Shown here piece by piece: positions 51,077 to 64,000 of a DNA stretch of 64,000 bases. The stretch is from the human T2T-CHM13v2.0 reference genome, Homo sapiens, in assembly GCF_009914755.1 (NCBI RefSeq), contig NC_060927.1; one strand, 5' to 3'. Within the stretch, counting starts at the first letter, position 1. Each line of letters starts with the position of its first letter. The translations under genes and the position numbers were made by a program. The notes beneath the pieces were generated by a model. It did no database searches. It had not been told where the DNA came from and was given only the letters and a program-made list of their open reading frames with translations.

Positions 51077-54000
51077 TGATGCAAAAGCCTGGGCAAGTAA
51101 TGCCCTTGTCTGTCTTCCCTGCTGTCTCCAGAGACCACATCTTGTGCACCAACATAGGTGCCTGCCCCATATATATTTGTTAAGTGTCTGTATGTGCCTA
51201 TTGATGTGTGTGTCTTGTAGCCTGTCACTGTTAGACATCTAGGCACTCAGGTAAAAATGGGATGGATGGATGGCTAGATAATTAAATATATTAGATTTCT
51301 AAAATTGGATACATAGAAAGTTCTGAATAAATATTTGTTGGTTGAATGAAGGAAATGGCTGCCTTTCAGTGATTTACAGAAAGAGGTGCTCAAAAATATT
51401 TGCTGAACTGATTATTCCAGAAATCCTTTGTTCATTTTGTTGTTTTTGTCTGATAACAATGGGCAAGGTTTGTTAGGCACTTATGATATCCTGGATCCTA
51501 AGTGTTGCTTATATGATTATATTATATAGATGAGGAAACTGAGGTGCAGAGGACACAGGGAGTGCAGAAGTAGGACTTGAACCCAGGTAGTCTTACACTA
51601 GAGCTCATGTTGTTAACCAAATGCTGAGAGACAGAGGGCACATGATGTCCCTTGCAAAGTTTCCCAGCAGCAGGAGCTGTTTAGGAAGGGCCGAGGATGG
51701 ATCGTAGAGATCCGCTTCTTTCTTCCGAATGGGTCTGGATCTGCGGAGGGCCCTCACTGCCCAGGAGAAGTGTGCTGGAGCACTGGGTCCCTGGCTTTTG
51801 CCTGGGTTTGTTGCCAACTCCTGGACCTAGGGAAACCACCCCCTTTTTGCCTGAATGGTGTGAGGATGAACAAGGAAAGGGCATCTGAACCTCTATCTCC
51901 TTTGTGGTGGAATGTTTCCTCCTAAGACACTCCAGTCAGCCGTGGTAGTTCTGTGTACTTGGGTTATGAGGGTATGGAAAGGAAATAATGCTAGTCCAGA
52001 TCTGGCCAGGGAAGGCACAGCCTTTAAATATTTACCTGGCTGACCTTATCCCCCAGGTGACTTGATGCCTGTCACACCTCGATTGTGGCTAGAGAGTTGG
52101 TACTGCCGCAGTGAATTGCTCTCACTTAAAACTTGCCACAGAGTCTATGCCTGGATTAGCTAAGAAATTATATTGTTAATTAGTAAGGCAAACAGTGAAA
52201 TGGAACTGAGAGAAGCCTGCAACGTTAATACCTTCTATAGTTGTTTGAATTTTCAATCAGATTGAAGAACCTCAACTTTGAAAAAGCATCTGAGATCTGA
52301 GGTCCTCACCTGGCCAGATCTGACTCATGTTGGAAAGTGAAGGAATTTCACACAAACCCCACTGTCGGCCAGGCTGGACCCACAGTACCATGTGGCTTGC
52401 ATGCTAGTGGGGGCCCCTCCAGATGAGGTGGGTTCTTTCTTTTCTTTGGTGCCTGGCCCATTTCAGCCTGTGGTGCTCCCTGCTTGATCCCTGTCGCCAT
52501 CTGAGTGTGGGATCTCAGCCATCGGTTTCCTTAGTTTTCTTGTCAGTTGCTCAGACTTTCCTCTTTGGGGCGTTAGAACACCTCAGCCCTAGATTTTCTT
52601 GCCAGGACTGTGTAGTCCAGTTGGGTGGAGCAAAGCACTTATGCCTCAAATGCTCAGGGCCTGGTTACCATCTCACTGGCTGATAACCTCTATCTGAAGG
52701 CCACTGTTTCCCTGACATTGTCCACCCTCCACCTTCCATAACCCTACCACTAGTCACGGGATTCAGGCAAAGGGGGAGTGAGTGACCCACAGAGGACTAG
52801 ATGCTGAGCGGCTGAGCTTGGCATCTCTGTGGCTGGGAGTGGGGGAATCCTGATGCTGGGGACTGTTTCTGAGCAGAGCATGGTGATCAGTGCCCCTGTA
52901 CTATTCCCCTATGCAGGTGTCACTGGTCTCTGCCAGCCTTGGAGTCCACAGGGGAAGTAGGTTGAGATGATGCCCAGGCATGTGTGTGTCATTTAATCAA
53001 TATCAGTGAATCCCTGCTCTGTGCCCAGCACCCATGGTGACAGGACCTCACCCCTTCCTTCACAGAGCTGAGTCTAGGGTAGCAGCCACTTGAACTGAAT
53101 GGAAGCAGCCACTCCTTAGAAGAGAGGAACCAACCCATTGCAGGTCCAGGAAGGCCTCTCAGAGGAGGTGGCATCTGCTGAGTTCTGAGCTTATGAAACT
53201 CAAGACTGCCTGGAGTAGAATCCCTCCATGAGTGTCAGAGGTGCAGTGCCAATGTGCTTGTTCCCGAGCTTAGCTCTGGTGGTATGGGCCTGCTCCGCCT
53301 TCCCTCTCTCCCTGACCTTCCCTCCCTCGCCCACACACCCACTTCCTTCCACTGTGAAAGCGGAGTAAGGCTTTAATTGCACAGGTTCATCATTTCTTGT
53401 TTGGAAGTCTTCAGATTTTTAGTTTTATACCTTAGCTTTCTGCAGAATTCTCCGTTGAATCAATGCCCTGGGAACCCCATGGACAGAAGCACCTTTTAAT
53501 GAAGTCCTTCCAAAACTCGTTCCTCAGTGCATTGCTCTGTTGGAAACAGTGCTGTGGGGTGTTGGGGTGTATAGTATATTTTAACATATTTTAACTTAAA
53601 AAAAAAAGACCTAGCAACATAATGTTTGAAGGTATCATAAAGATTATCCAGTTCAGTGCTTTAAAACTTTTTGGCTTGGGGGAGCGCACGGGATCCTTTG
53701 TTGAAATATACTAAGTACAGCAGAGGAGAGCAAAGCTGCTCTGTTCGGAGTGGAAACTAGAGTGCTCCCTCACCTACGAGACCCCTGGGATGGTAGGGAG
53801 GAATTGTAGGGAGCCCCCAGGGTTCTGCAGGGCCCAGTTAGAAGCCCGTGATCTGGACCAGTGGTTCACAAGGATGGAGGTTGGAATCATCCTTAAAAAC
53901 TCCTGCAAAATCAGATTCTCTCAGGTGGTGACTTGCCTCCAATAAAATTATGGTGTGTAGAAATCCACTTCTCCAAAGAATAGTTTTAAGCAGGACTCAG

Positions 54001-55218
54001 CCACTCTGAGTGCCATTCTGTGGCAATATCCCAGAACAGGGGGTGGGTCACTGGGTCAGGGATTCCTCTTGGATCGGAGGGAAGGAGAAGGCATTCTCAT
54101 AAGGAGAGAGTGTTCAGCTTCCTGGTGTAAAGCAGCTCAGAGTCAGCACAGAGGGAGAAGGAATCTGGCCTTTTGCAGCAGCACCCTTTGGGCTCGTGCC
54201 CGGAGTTGCTTGTCATATTTATAACCTTAACTTTCCTGTTGGTAAATGTTCAGAAGAGATAAAGTCACCAAGTCTCACTTTGCCAAACAGGCAGTTGCTG
54301 CCTTAAGCAAGCCTTGTTTACAGTGGTCAGAAATGTGATGGGAAAAACCTCTCTTCAGCCAGTTGGCATGTGTTTGGGGACCCTCCCCTGAGAAGCTGGC
54401 TTTGCTTTTCCCCTGGGGTAATGAATGCAGGTCCTGATCTCTTTCCACCAAAGTCTGTCTAAGCACAGACTTGAAGTCTTCCATTTCCTTAACCCACCCA
54501 TCTCAACTTGGTCCCAGGCTCTTCAAGGAAGACTGCAAAAAGGGCAGGATTTCTCTAGCTTGGACAAGGCAGGGTGGTACATGCTGAAGGGGAGTTCTCT
54601 TCTCTAAGAAGGAGTTCCCTGTGCCTCGTAGTGAGTGGTGTGCCTCTGTTTATGGAGAGGGCCAGAGGAAATGGATCTGAGTCTGGGACAGATTCTGTCC
54701 AGACACTCTGAAAGCCATGAGAGATGGGAGAGGCTTTCAGGAATGGGCAGCCATTGTCTTCATGGGGAGTTTGAAACACGTGGGCCCAGCTAGCCTTGAG
54801 GACTTCCCAGTCCTCTTCCCTCCATTCATTTCATTTAGTTCAGATTATTTCATCCAGTGTTTACAATGCAGCTGGTAGGTGCCAGTCCCTGTGCCAGCTG
54901 CTGGGCACCCAGCGCTGTCAACGTGGTCCTTGGTGAGTTGATCGGTCCCTCTGTACGCACATCACAGGAGTGAGGAAGGCTGGAAGAGGCGACTTGCGAT
55001 GCTCCCATCTCACTGGAGTAGGGCTCAGGGGTCGGAGGAGCTTCCTAGAAGTGACTTTAGACCACATCCTGAAGGAAGAGGAGTCATTCAGGGTGGAGGC
55101 CTCGAGAGCAACAGGCAGAGGGCATTGCCTGGTGGGAGCCTGGAGGCCAGGCAGAGAATGAGGAGTGCTTGAAGTGTGTTGTAAACACTGGTTGAAATAA
55201 TCTCAATTAAATGAAATG

Positions 55219-55445
55219 AATTCATTGGGAGTGGTAACAGAAGTTTGAGAGACAGGTGTTATAAGAGTTGCCTCTCAGATGTTATAAGAGTTGCCTCTCT
55301 TTCATCCATAGAGACTTGGTTGTTGGTTTAGACTGTATCTTCAAGTCCTTTTTCTATATATTCGAATGGGAACATTTGTTACATATTAATCTATATGCCT
55401 TTTTAAATTCACTGGGAGCAGTAACAGAAGTTTGACAGACAGATG
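55219..55445 (+). repeat. Complex local duplication: a 124-bp copy (55281-55404) of 55886-56009 between 40-bp direct repeats
   Basis: Hand alignment: 117/124 identity for the copy, 35/40 for the flanking repeats. Confidence 0.93.
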
Positions 55446-57093
55446 GGCCAGGAGAGCCTTGCTGTGAATTTCAGCCATGGACAGCCAGGACCTCTCCAGA
55501 GTTGTCCCAAACACTCCTCCAGCGCCCCTGCACAGAGCAGGGCTGAGCCAACCCCTCAAACAGGTAGTATCTTCCCTGAGGAGCTGGAGCAAGGCAGAAA
55601 TGGCTGTGAAATCCTCCTCTGGTTTCCCTTAGAGAAACAATCGAGCCCACACAGTCCCAAATCATCTGTTCTCCCTCCACCTCCCACCTGGACCTGAACT
55701 TGTTATGGAGCAAAAGGGATTTGGGTTAAGTTGTAGTGGGGAGAAAGGAGGTGGTTAGTTTGGTGATGAGTCAAGCACTGAACTTGGTTACCAGCTCTTA
55801 ACCTGTGCATTTACAAATGTTTTAATTATACAAGGAATGTGTGGATATGTTCTTTTTATAAAGACCAAATGAAAATAAGTATTTAGTTACAAGAGTTGCC
55901 TCTCTTTCATCCATAGAGAATTGGTTGTTGATTTACACTGTATCCTCAAGTCCTTTTTCTATATATTGGAACGGGAACATTTGTTACATATTAATCTATA
56001 TGCCTTTTTGAAAAAACTTGACAGTGTGTCATAGAGATCTTTCCATATTGGCACATAGGGATCTACTCGGTGTTTCTAATTTATAATATTAAATGATGTA
56101 GATATACTGTAATTTATTTACTCCTCAATTGGTGCGCAATTAGGTTGTTTCCAGTTCTTCACTGTCACAAGCAGTACTATAGTGGACATCCAATACATAC
56201 TTTGTGAGTAGAAGTGAATACTTCATAGAAGTGGAAATTACTGGGTCAAAGATCATGTCCATTTAATCTTTTCCTATTGCCCATTTTTTTTACAGTAAGC
56301 ATGTCGCTTTGGTAACTGAGGAAAAGAACATACATAATTAATTTTTGCTTCTTTTTAAGAACAGATGACTGGAGCCTCTGACAAAAATCTCCTCATTAAA
56401 ATACTCCATTTCTCAAGTTGGGTGAATGTGGCTTTTTAAATTTTGTTGAGGAAGTGTCTTGCTCCTATCTGTGCCTCTTGTTTACATTTAGAACTCACCT
56501 GGAGAACACCTGCTCAGGCACATGCACACAAGCACACACACATTTACTCACTGTCACTCCTTCCTTTAATCGTGGAAATGGCCAAACAAGTAATCCAGGC
56601 TCCCGCCACATGGCACTGGGAGTAAGCCAGCTGATCACACCCCCATTTTATGGTGAACTGTCCCTAGTGCTGGGCTCCGGGCATTCAGCACTCAGATCAA
56701 ACCATCATCTTTAAACAAAACCACCGCCCTTGGAAATGTCAGATGCCTCTGAACTCAACACCTGATGGAAGCTGGGGTGGGCAGGAGAGAGGAAGGGTTA
56801 AGAAGTGAATGGAGAAATGAGGACTCAAAAAGATTATAGGAGTCAACTGCACTGCATTCCATATACTTACACCTTGGAGAGCAGGTTGCATTGTTGAGGG
56901 CCATTGCCATACACCAAGTCCATGGGTTTATCATCATGGTGGTGGGGGGCATACTGACTCTTCCATGCTCTCCCACGTGGCATCTCTCTGTATAATTACC
57001 AACCTATTAGAGGCTATCAGAATGGCAGGATGAATAACGTTTCCCTCTTCCCTCTGCCTTTGCTCACCGAACCTGGGGACTACCCAATTGCAG

Positions 57094-57294
57094 AACTTCC
57101 TCCGTTGCCAAAATAACAAGACCAACTACAATTTGGTATGTGAGACCCTGCAGTTTCTGGACTGTATTTGTGGAAGCACAACTGGAGGCCTTGGTCTTCT
57201 GGGCTTGTATATAAATGAAAAGAACGTAGCGCTTATCAACCAAACCCTGGAAAGTCTGACCGAATACTGTCAAGGACCTTGCCATGAGAACCAG
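57094..57294 (+). CDS. ITPR1: ITPR1 exon [37 protein letters not shown]...[11 protein letters not shown] (RIH-associated region, GxGxxG motif)
   Basis: ttgcag|AACTTC...AACCAG|gtaatt. 201 nt, phase 0-0; within ORF 57088..57408. Confidence 0.97.
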
Positions 57295-57927
57295 GTAATT
57301 AAATTTCTGTTTTGGGATGGGGAAAAAAAGTGTCCCATTTTGGAAATGTTGATAGAGACTAGTTCAGAAATCACGAAGCCTGTGCCTGTTGGCCTAGGGA
57401 GTCAGTAGGACAGGAGGCTGTCTTCCAGCAGTTGAGAAATAGCCATGGTGTTTCATGATACTTCAGAACCTTCCTAATGAAGGACATTGGAGGGACAGTC
57501 CATGGTCTCTTTCCTTGGCTAGGTTTGGCTTCATTTGATTTGGTTTGAATGTCCAACTATTTAACTTGATTTCTAGGAGTAGGCAATAAGGCAGGAGTGA
57601 AATGAGAACCAAAAGACAGTGACCTATTTTAAATACTAGGGGATTTCAAAGAGTGACTACTGGAAGGGGGTTTAAGCCTAGCTAGAGAGAAGAAAATTAC
57701 TACACGTGAGACAGCTTGAAAGTAATATAAGGACATTTTTATAGTTGAGATTTAAACATCATGGACATTCAGGGGAAAGAAAGATGAGATAGTCTTGACT
57801 TTGGTCTCTCAAAGAAGAATATTTTGGGAGTACAACCCAATAACTTCTTGTCTTGAGTAGAGTCATTGCTTATACATGGCATCTTAAGGATTTTGTGAGT
57901 TTTTGCATTGTGCTAGGTTGAGTATGA

Positions 57928-58221
57928 TGTTTTGTTTGTTTGTTTTTGGAGACGGAGTCTCACTCTGTTGCCCAGGCTGGAGTGCAGTGGTGCAATCTCG
58001 GCTCACTGCCTCCTGGATTCAAGCGATTCTTCTGCCTCAGCCTCCCTAGTAGCTGGGACTACAGGTGCATGCCATCATGCCTGGCTAATTTTTGTATTTT
58101 TTTAGTAGAGATGGGGTTTCACCATATTGGCCAGGCTGGTCTTGAACTTCTGACCTCGTGATCCACCCACCTCGGCTTGCCAAAGTGCTGGGATTACAGG
58201 CTTGAGCCACCGCGCCCAGCC
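57928..58221 (-). mobile_element. AluS, antisense
   Basis: (GTTT)n tail, gagacggagtctcactctgttgcccaggctgg...ccaccgcgcccagcc. Confidence 0.93.
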
Positions 58222-59115
58222 AAGTATGTTTTTTAATACCAAATTATAGCTTCATCCTAACTGGAGAGAGACGACCAAGGCTTCAAATGGTCAGCGCTAA
58301 ACCCAGCAGCCAGGGAAGGTTACTTGTGTGACTTGGGGAGCCAGGCCCTTCATTCAGAGGAGAACGGTTTATGAGAGACAACTCATTGTCTATTAAAAAC
58401 CTGGTCTCAGTTGTCTGTGAATGTGAGAATAGCATTTTGTGAGATGCACTTTCTTCTCCCGGTTCCCTCATGAAGCAGATGGTGTAGTCCTAGTTAAAAT
58501 GAAAAGGAACAAAAAAAATACAACAGGCTTGGGGAAAGGCTTTATTTGACATCTAAGTGAATTTCCTTATTACCTCAAGTTTGCTTCTCTGCCAAATAGG
58601 GGCCTGTTGAAAGGAACAGATCAGAGTGGATTGTGCTGCAAACGGAGATGTTACCTGGGGGCAGATGATTAATTTTGATATTGTGTGCCTTAAACAGGAA
58701 ACTTGCTTTCCAAGCTTAAGCCTTAAGCTAAAGTACAAAATACAAAAAGAGTGCTTTAGAGAGAATGGAACACACCTTGAAAGGGGAAAAAGGGTTCAGA
58801 ACCCAGAATCAGTCATACACCATATTTTCCCTTAAGAACAAAAGCCAACTGTGCTGCATGATTTGGATTAGACACAACCAATTTATCAGTTACAGTGCAT
58901 GGGGACTTTCCTACTGTTTACTGTTAATTCTGAAACTAGAGATTTTCATCTGTCTTTTATTCTTACCACTTTCTCACGGAAAATTTGCAGCTCTCCCCTA
59001 GAGACATTACTGGGAGTGGTAAGCATTGTGTTGAAATAGCAGTTCAGCCTGTTGGCCTTTGACGTCTGATTTATGACCAGCGTTTGTGTGAATGTCTGTG
59101 TGTGTCTTTGCTCAG

Positions 59116-59226
59116 AACTGCATAGCCACCCATGAATCCAATGGCATTGACATCATCACAGCCCTGATCCTCAATGATATCAATCCTTTGGGAAAGAAGA
59201 GGATGGACCTTGTGTTAGAACTGAAG
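59116..59226 (+). CDS. ITPR1: ITPR1 exon [37 protein letters not shown], ending at a GC donor
   Basis: gctcag|AACTGC...CTGAAG|gcaagt. 111 nt = 37 codons; only the GC donor keeps frame with the next exon. Confidence 0.95.
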
Positions 59227-61402
59227 GCAAGTAGGAATTAAAAGCAGAAGACAGTCATTTGGAAACAGTCACTTTTGTGTTTTGCCTTGGCACATGCACA
59301 TGGGCAATTAGTCATGAGAGTAAATATTAAAGATAGTTCTTTAAATGAATGACCCAGGTTGCTAGTGCTGACTACGATGCAGAACTCCAACCTTTCTCTT
59401 CCACGTAAGGTATCTCATGAGGGGATAGGAGCTTCTGAACTGTTAGGTCACACAGAATGAAGATTCCTTGCTCCAAGCTAAGAAGTGAATCCCAACAGCA
59501 TCGAGTACTAAATACCTTGGTTCTGAAAGTCACAAAGAGAGAAACAGTGGAAACGTCATTCCCTCTCTGGTTTCTGATTTTTCCCCATTTGAGGGAAAAG
59601 GGCCGGTTGAAGAATAGTACAACTAAGCCTATCTAGGACCAAAAAAAAAAAAACCCAAAAAAACAAACATGTATTTTTACTTAATCAAGGAAATACCTTT
59701 TTCTCTTTTGTCACTGATTTAGCAGAAGGGTGGTTAATAATGTTGGTTTAAAATAAGGAAAATTACACAAACCAAAAATGTGCCTGCGGGCCTCTGCTGA
59801 GTTTCTCTGTATTGTGTACAAATGCGGGACTGCAGGTGACTGATGTGGAAGCCCCACTGACATTTGGACTCTCTATTACTCAAACAGCTTAACGGAATGA
59901 AAATCGTGACTTCTAGGTGCTAAACCTGCAGCATTTCCAAGCTGGCCTTTTTTGGATATTTGAGAAATTGATATACCATTCCTGATGTTGACTTCTAAAG
60001 TATACCCAGAAAACCCTCCCTTCTATGTAGGGGTTCCATAGGTTCTCTGAGAATCCCATGATTCAGTTTTAACAATTGAGCTTGCAGGCATCAGGTTTCT
60101 AAAGTATATTTCAAAACATGTTAGCCTTTCTGGACACATTTCCTTTTTAACTGTTCCCATGTCAGGGCATGTTGAGATTTGTCCTCTATCTGCCCATCCG
60201 CAGCAGCGAGCACTTCATCATTATCATGAAAGAGCCTAGAACTACAGGGTTTTGGCTGAAAGGTTGAGCTGTATTTATTGCATGAAGGATGTCATAGGAA
60301 AGGTCATTAGGAAAGATGGGAACACAGAAACCTGTGGGAATGGCAGTTATTTTTTCTTTACTATTTAGAACTGAGAGTCCACACTAACAGTCGATTTGGG
60401 TGTGTGGTTTAAATGGACTTTTTTTCTGCTATTTTTAATTCCTTTTGACAAATTGTGTTTTAGAGTGAATTTTAACAGATTCAACCTTGTGTACCTGGCC
60501 ACCATTTATCAGAAAGTCCGAAATAAACAGAAGTTCATGTGCTCCTGGTCAGCATTTGAGTGACTTTTTCAACTAATCCAGTGATCTATGGATGATGATA
60601 GAAATTTGTGCCCTGCGATAGCATGATACCCTGACTCAACTGCTGTGACCTAAACTAGGGGAAGAAATAAGACCACTCTCACTGTCCAAAAAAAGAAAAA
60701 AAACCCAACAGCTTTCAAGTCCTGTACATAAAGAAGCATACAAAGTATCATAGACCCAGGGCCTAAAATGAAGTCAAGCCAGGAAGTACAGGATGTGGGG
60801 TGTGAACATGGGTGTTTTTAATGTAATGGGAAATTAGGGCTTGGCCTGCATACATTGTTCCTTTGGGTCACATTTGTTAACTAGTGTCAGATGTACTCAT
60901 TATATTAGGGGTTATGAGAGCTAATAGAAATATTTTAAGACAGGGAAGAATTACCTTTATTACCTGTCTTCTCTGGCCTGCAAGGCCAAATAACAGTTTG
61001 TAACCACACCTGCCCGGAAGGCAGCACAGATCTGTGTAGTAGCAGCTTCTTCCCAACCACTGTCACCATGAGGGTGACAGTGTATCCGTAAGCACCCACG
61101 TGTAAATTCCCAATTTCTTCTAGGACTTGTACCAGCTAACATTAGGGCATAACACACATGCCCTGACAAATATGTGCCTCTTTGTCCGAAATCAGATTCT
61201 GCACACGTATCTGGGGTCTGAAGGGGGATGCTCTCTGCCTGGTGCAGATGGATTTTGATGTCCTTAACCCAGAGCTTCCTCATGGGGTGAAATGTTCGTC
61301 TGTTTAGCCGGGATGCCTCCCATGTGCCAGTTGGCACCTGCATTCAGGCCGGGCCCCCAAGCAGCCCCTCTACATTTCCTCTCCCTTTGTTTCTCCAACT
61401 AG

Positions 61403-61498
61403 AACAATGCCTCGAAGTTGCTCCTGGCCATCATGGAAAGCAGGCACGACAGTGAAAACGCAGAGAGGATACTTTATAACATGAGGCCCAAGGAACTG
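61403..61498 (+). CDS. ITPR1: ITPR1 exon [32 protein letters not shown]
   Basis: caactag|AACAAT...GAACTG|gtgagt. 96 nt, phase 0-0. Confidence 0.97.
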
Positions 61499-61665
61499 GT
61501 GAGTCGGGTGACGGATCTGATGGTAGCACCAAGGAGCATTGCGACGATATTTGGGACAGAGCAGAGGATCTGCTTCCTGGAGCTTTCTTGAAGGTTCCCA
61601 AAGTCAGAAGTATAAAGGGAACATTGAATTCAGGCCTCTGACTGAGTAGAGAAGTGAAATATTTT

Positions 61666-61775
61666 GGTTGGTGCAAAAGTAATCGCGGTTTTTGCTATTA
61701 CTTTCAATGGCAAAACCACTATTACTTTTGCCGTTGAAAGTAATGGCAAAAACCGCGATTACTTTTGCACCAACC
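61666..61775. mobile_element. Internally extended MADE1 forming a 50-bp/10-nt-loop palindrome
   Basis: MADE1 TIRs ggttggtgcaaaagtaat...attacttttgcaccaacc; arms 61666-61715 and 61726-61775. Confidence 0.93.
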
Positions 61776-63531
61776 TATATGACATTGAATACGTGCTGTT
61801 TTACCCTCTCCCTTTGGCATAAACCACATGGAGAAGCCTCCGTCTCTGTTTTTCCCTCATGGGGGACAGTGTGGTTACGGAACCTAGCAGACCTGAGTTC
61901 AAGTCCATAGCTCTGCCTGTTTTGCTGTGTTACCTTAGACTTCTCTGAGCTGCACTTTCCTGATCCATAAAAGGACAATAATAATAATATTCCCTAGTCC
62001 AGAGGGTTGCTTTGAAGACTAGATGAGAAGATTCATGTCAAGCCCTAGCACCATGCTCAGCACCTGATACACCCTTAATGAACGGAAGTTCCTTTTCCTT
62101 TTTCTTTCCTCGTTTGCTGCTGGTATTTGAGCCATATCTTTGTCCAGTGCTGAAGAATTCATGTCTCTTCTTGGTGCCAAGAGTCTGAGCTACAGAAATG
62201 TTTTTTGGTTGCTGACGTTTGGATTTTTTGTTTGTTTCATTTAAAGAAAACACGATCTGGTTTATTTTTGAGGGGTGATAGTCACAATTGGCTGTGACTT
62301 GCAGGTTGGGAGAGTGTTGCAGGCTGTGAGACGAGCAGCTTTCAGAGACGGTGACATGAGTTGAGGGCAGAGCTCTCTATTTGGACTTTTTTTCCACGCT
62401 AATAAACTGTAACTGACAGACTTAAATGAGGGCACCAAAACATTTCTGCCTCCTGGTGACCTGAATGTGCACTTGGGGGCCAGGCAAAAGTCCCTTTATG
62501 TATGCTTTTAAATAAAGTTAAGAGCAGCCCAGTTCTTTGATCTCTGAGGTCAGGGAGTAAGTTCTCAGCCCAAGATGGAAGGCCTCTCTGAGTTTACATA
62601 ACAAGCTTATGTAACTGGGGGTCACTGGGGAGGCGAGGTTTGTCATTCTTGAGCAGGGATGGAATGACTATGCAGGGACCCCATTCGGCTTCCCAGGAAT
62701 CAAGAACATGCCCCAGCTCTCTGACCTATCTCAGGTGGGGAAAATGTCAACACCCAGTGAGGTGGCTGGCACCGGCTCTTGGGCAGCCCCCCGGTGGTTG
62801 GAGAACATCATTCTGGCTCATAGGAGGAGTCAGGCTTCCTGGAACAAACACTGTTCTAAGAATCCAAATAGAACACGTGTGTACATGCATGTGTGCGTAC
62901 ATACGTGTGTATGCTCCTGGCCTCAAATCGCATGTAACATGTTGTCTGCTCGATTTAGTATTTGAGAGAATTGGCAGGGAAACAAGCTCAGACAGTGAGG
63001 CTCTCTTGTCTCCACCGTTACTTCCAGGGCCTGACTTGGTGTCAGTGCTGACATACGTGGCCTTTGGTATTAGATAATGACAAATAATTCATGGGAATGG
63101 CCTCGTGGCAATGGGGGAGGCAGAAATGCCCACTGAATCTTCAAAGAAGATTATAATTTTTAGTACAAATTAGAGGTTGAAGGTATTTTCTTCTTCTTGA
63201 AATGATTCAATCATGAATGATGTGTTCATTTGATAAGTGTTGGCCACACCCTACATTGTCCTGGGCATTGCGGAGGGTCTTAGGGGAAGGATTCAGATAT
63301 GAGCAGACCCAGTCCCCGCTCTCAAGAAACTGAGACAGAAACTTGAGGGAACAATCAGACAGGCACAGAAATGCTCTGAGAAATGTGCTCAAACCATGAG
63401 ACAAGCCAAGTGTGTGGTCCTCCGGGAGCCGAGTCGTGCGGCTGTGAAGGGTAATAGGGCCAAGTTCACATCCCAGCTCACCACCTGTGACTTTAGGAAT
63501 GTTCTTTTATCTCCTTGACTCTATTTCCTCA

Positions 63532-63954
<423 letters not shown>

Positions 63955-64000
63955 CTAGTTCGTGCTGTTATTTTCATTTGGAGTAGGCTGTTGGGGACTG

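Overview
This is human (primate) genomic DNA from the middle of ITPR1 (inositol 1,4,5-trisphosphate receptor type 1), read on the + strand. Nine coding exons can be spliced by hand into one continuous IP3R1 frame, from the neuronal SII insert (LPPAPDSENATE, then [Q]ELEPSPPLRQLEDHKR) through the PKA site RRES, the caspase-3 site DEVD and the RIH-associated region to NMRPKEL. One intron uses a GC donor. The ~31-kb intron (17236-48381) holds the known antisense lncRNA EGOT (~31050-33450, - strand), with a perfect NF-kB site upstream of it. The rest is intron with Alu, L1, MIR, L2, MLT1, MER20, MER58A and MADE1 relics, and almost all ORF-track entries are spurious. The main unexplained structures are: (1) a non-Alu ~405-bp inverted duplication (~93-94% identical, 1.5-kb spacer) that would fold the pre-mRNA into long dsRNA; (2) three candidate poison/cryptic exons at 11.6-12.3 kb just downstream of SII, all producing stop codons, one with a TDP-43-type UG-repeat signature; (3) dense RBFOX and QKI motifs and inverted Alus around the SII exons; (4) a 124-bp templated insertion with a 40-bp target duplication; (5) an internally extended MADE1 forming a 50-bp hairpin; (6) several near-perfect RFX X-boxes. 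Exon coordinates were checked by frame and splice dinucleotides. Repeat boundaries and subfamilies and the EGOT ends are approximate by-eye calls, and no database search was run.
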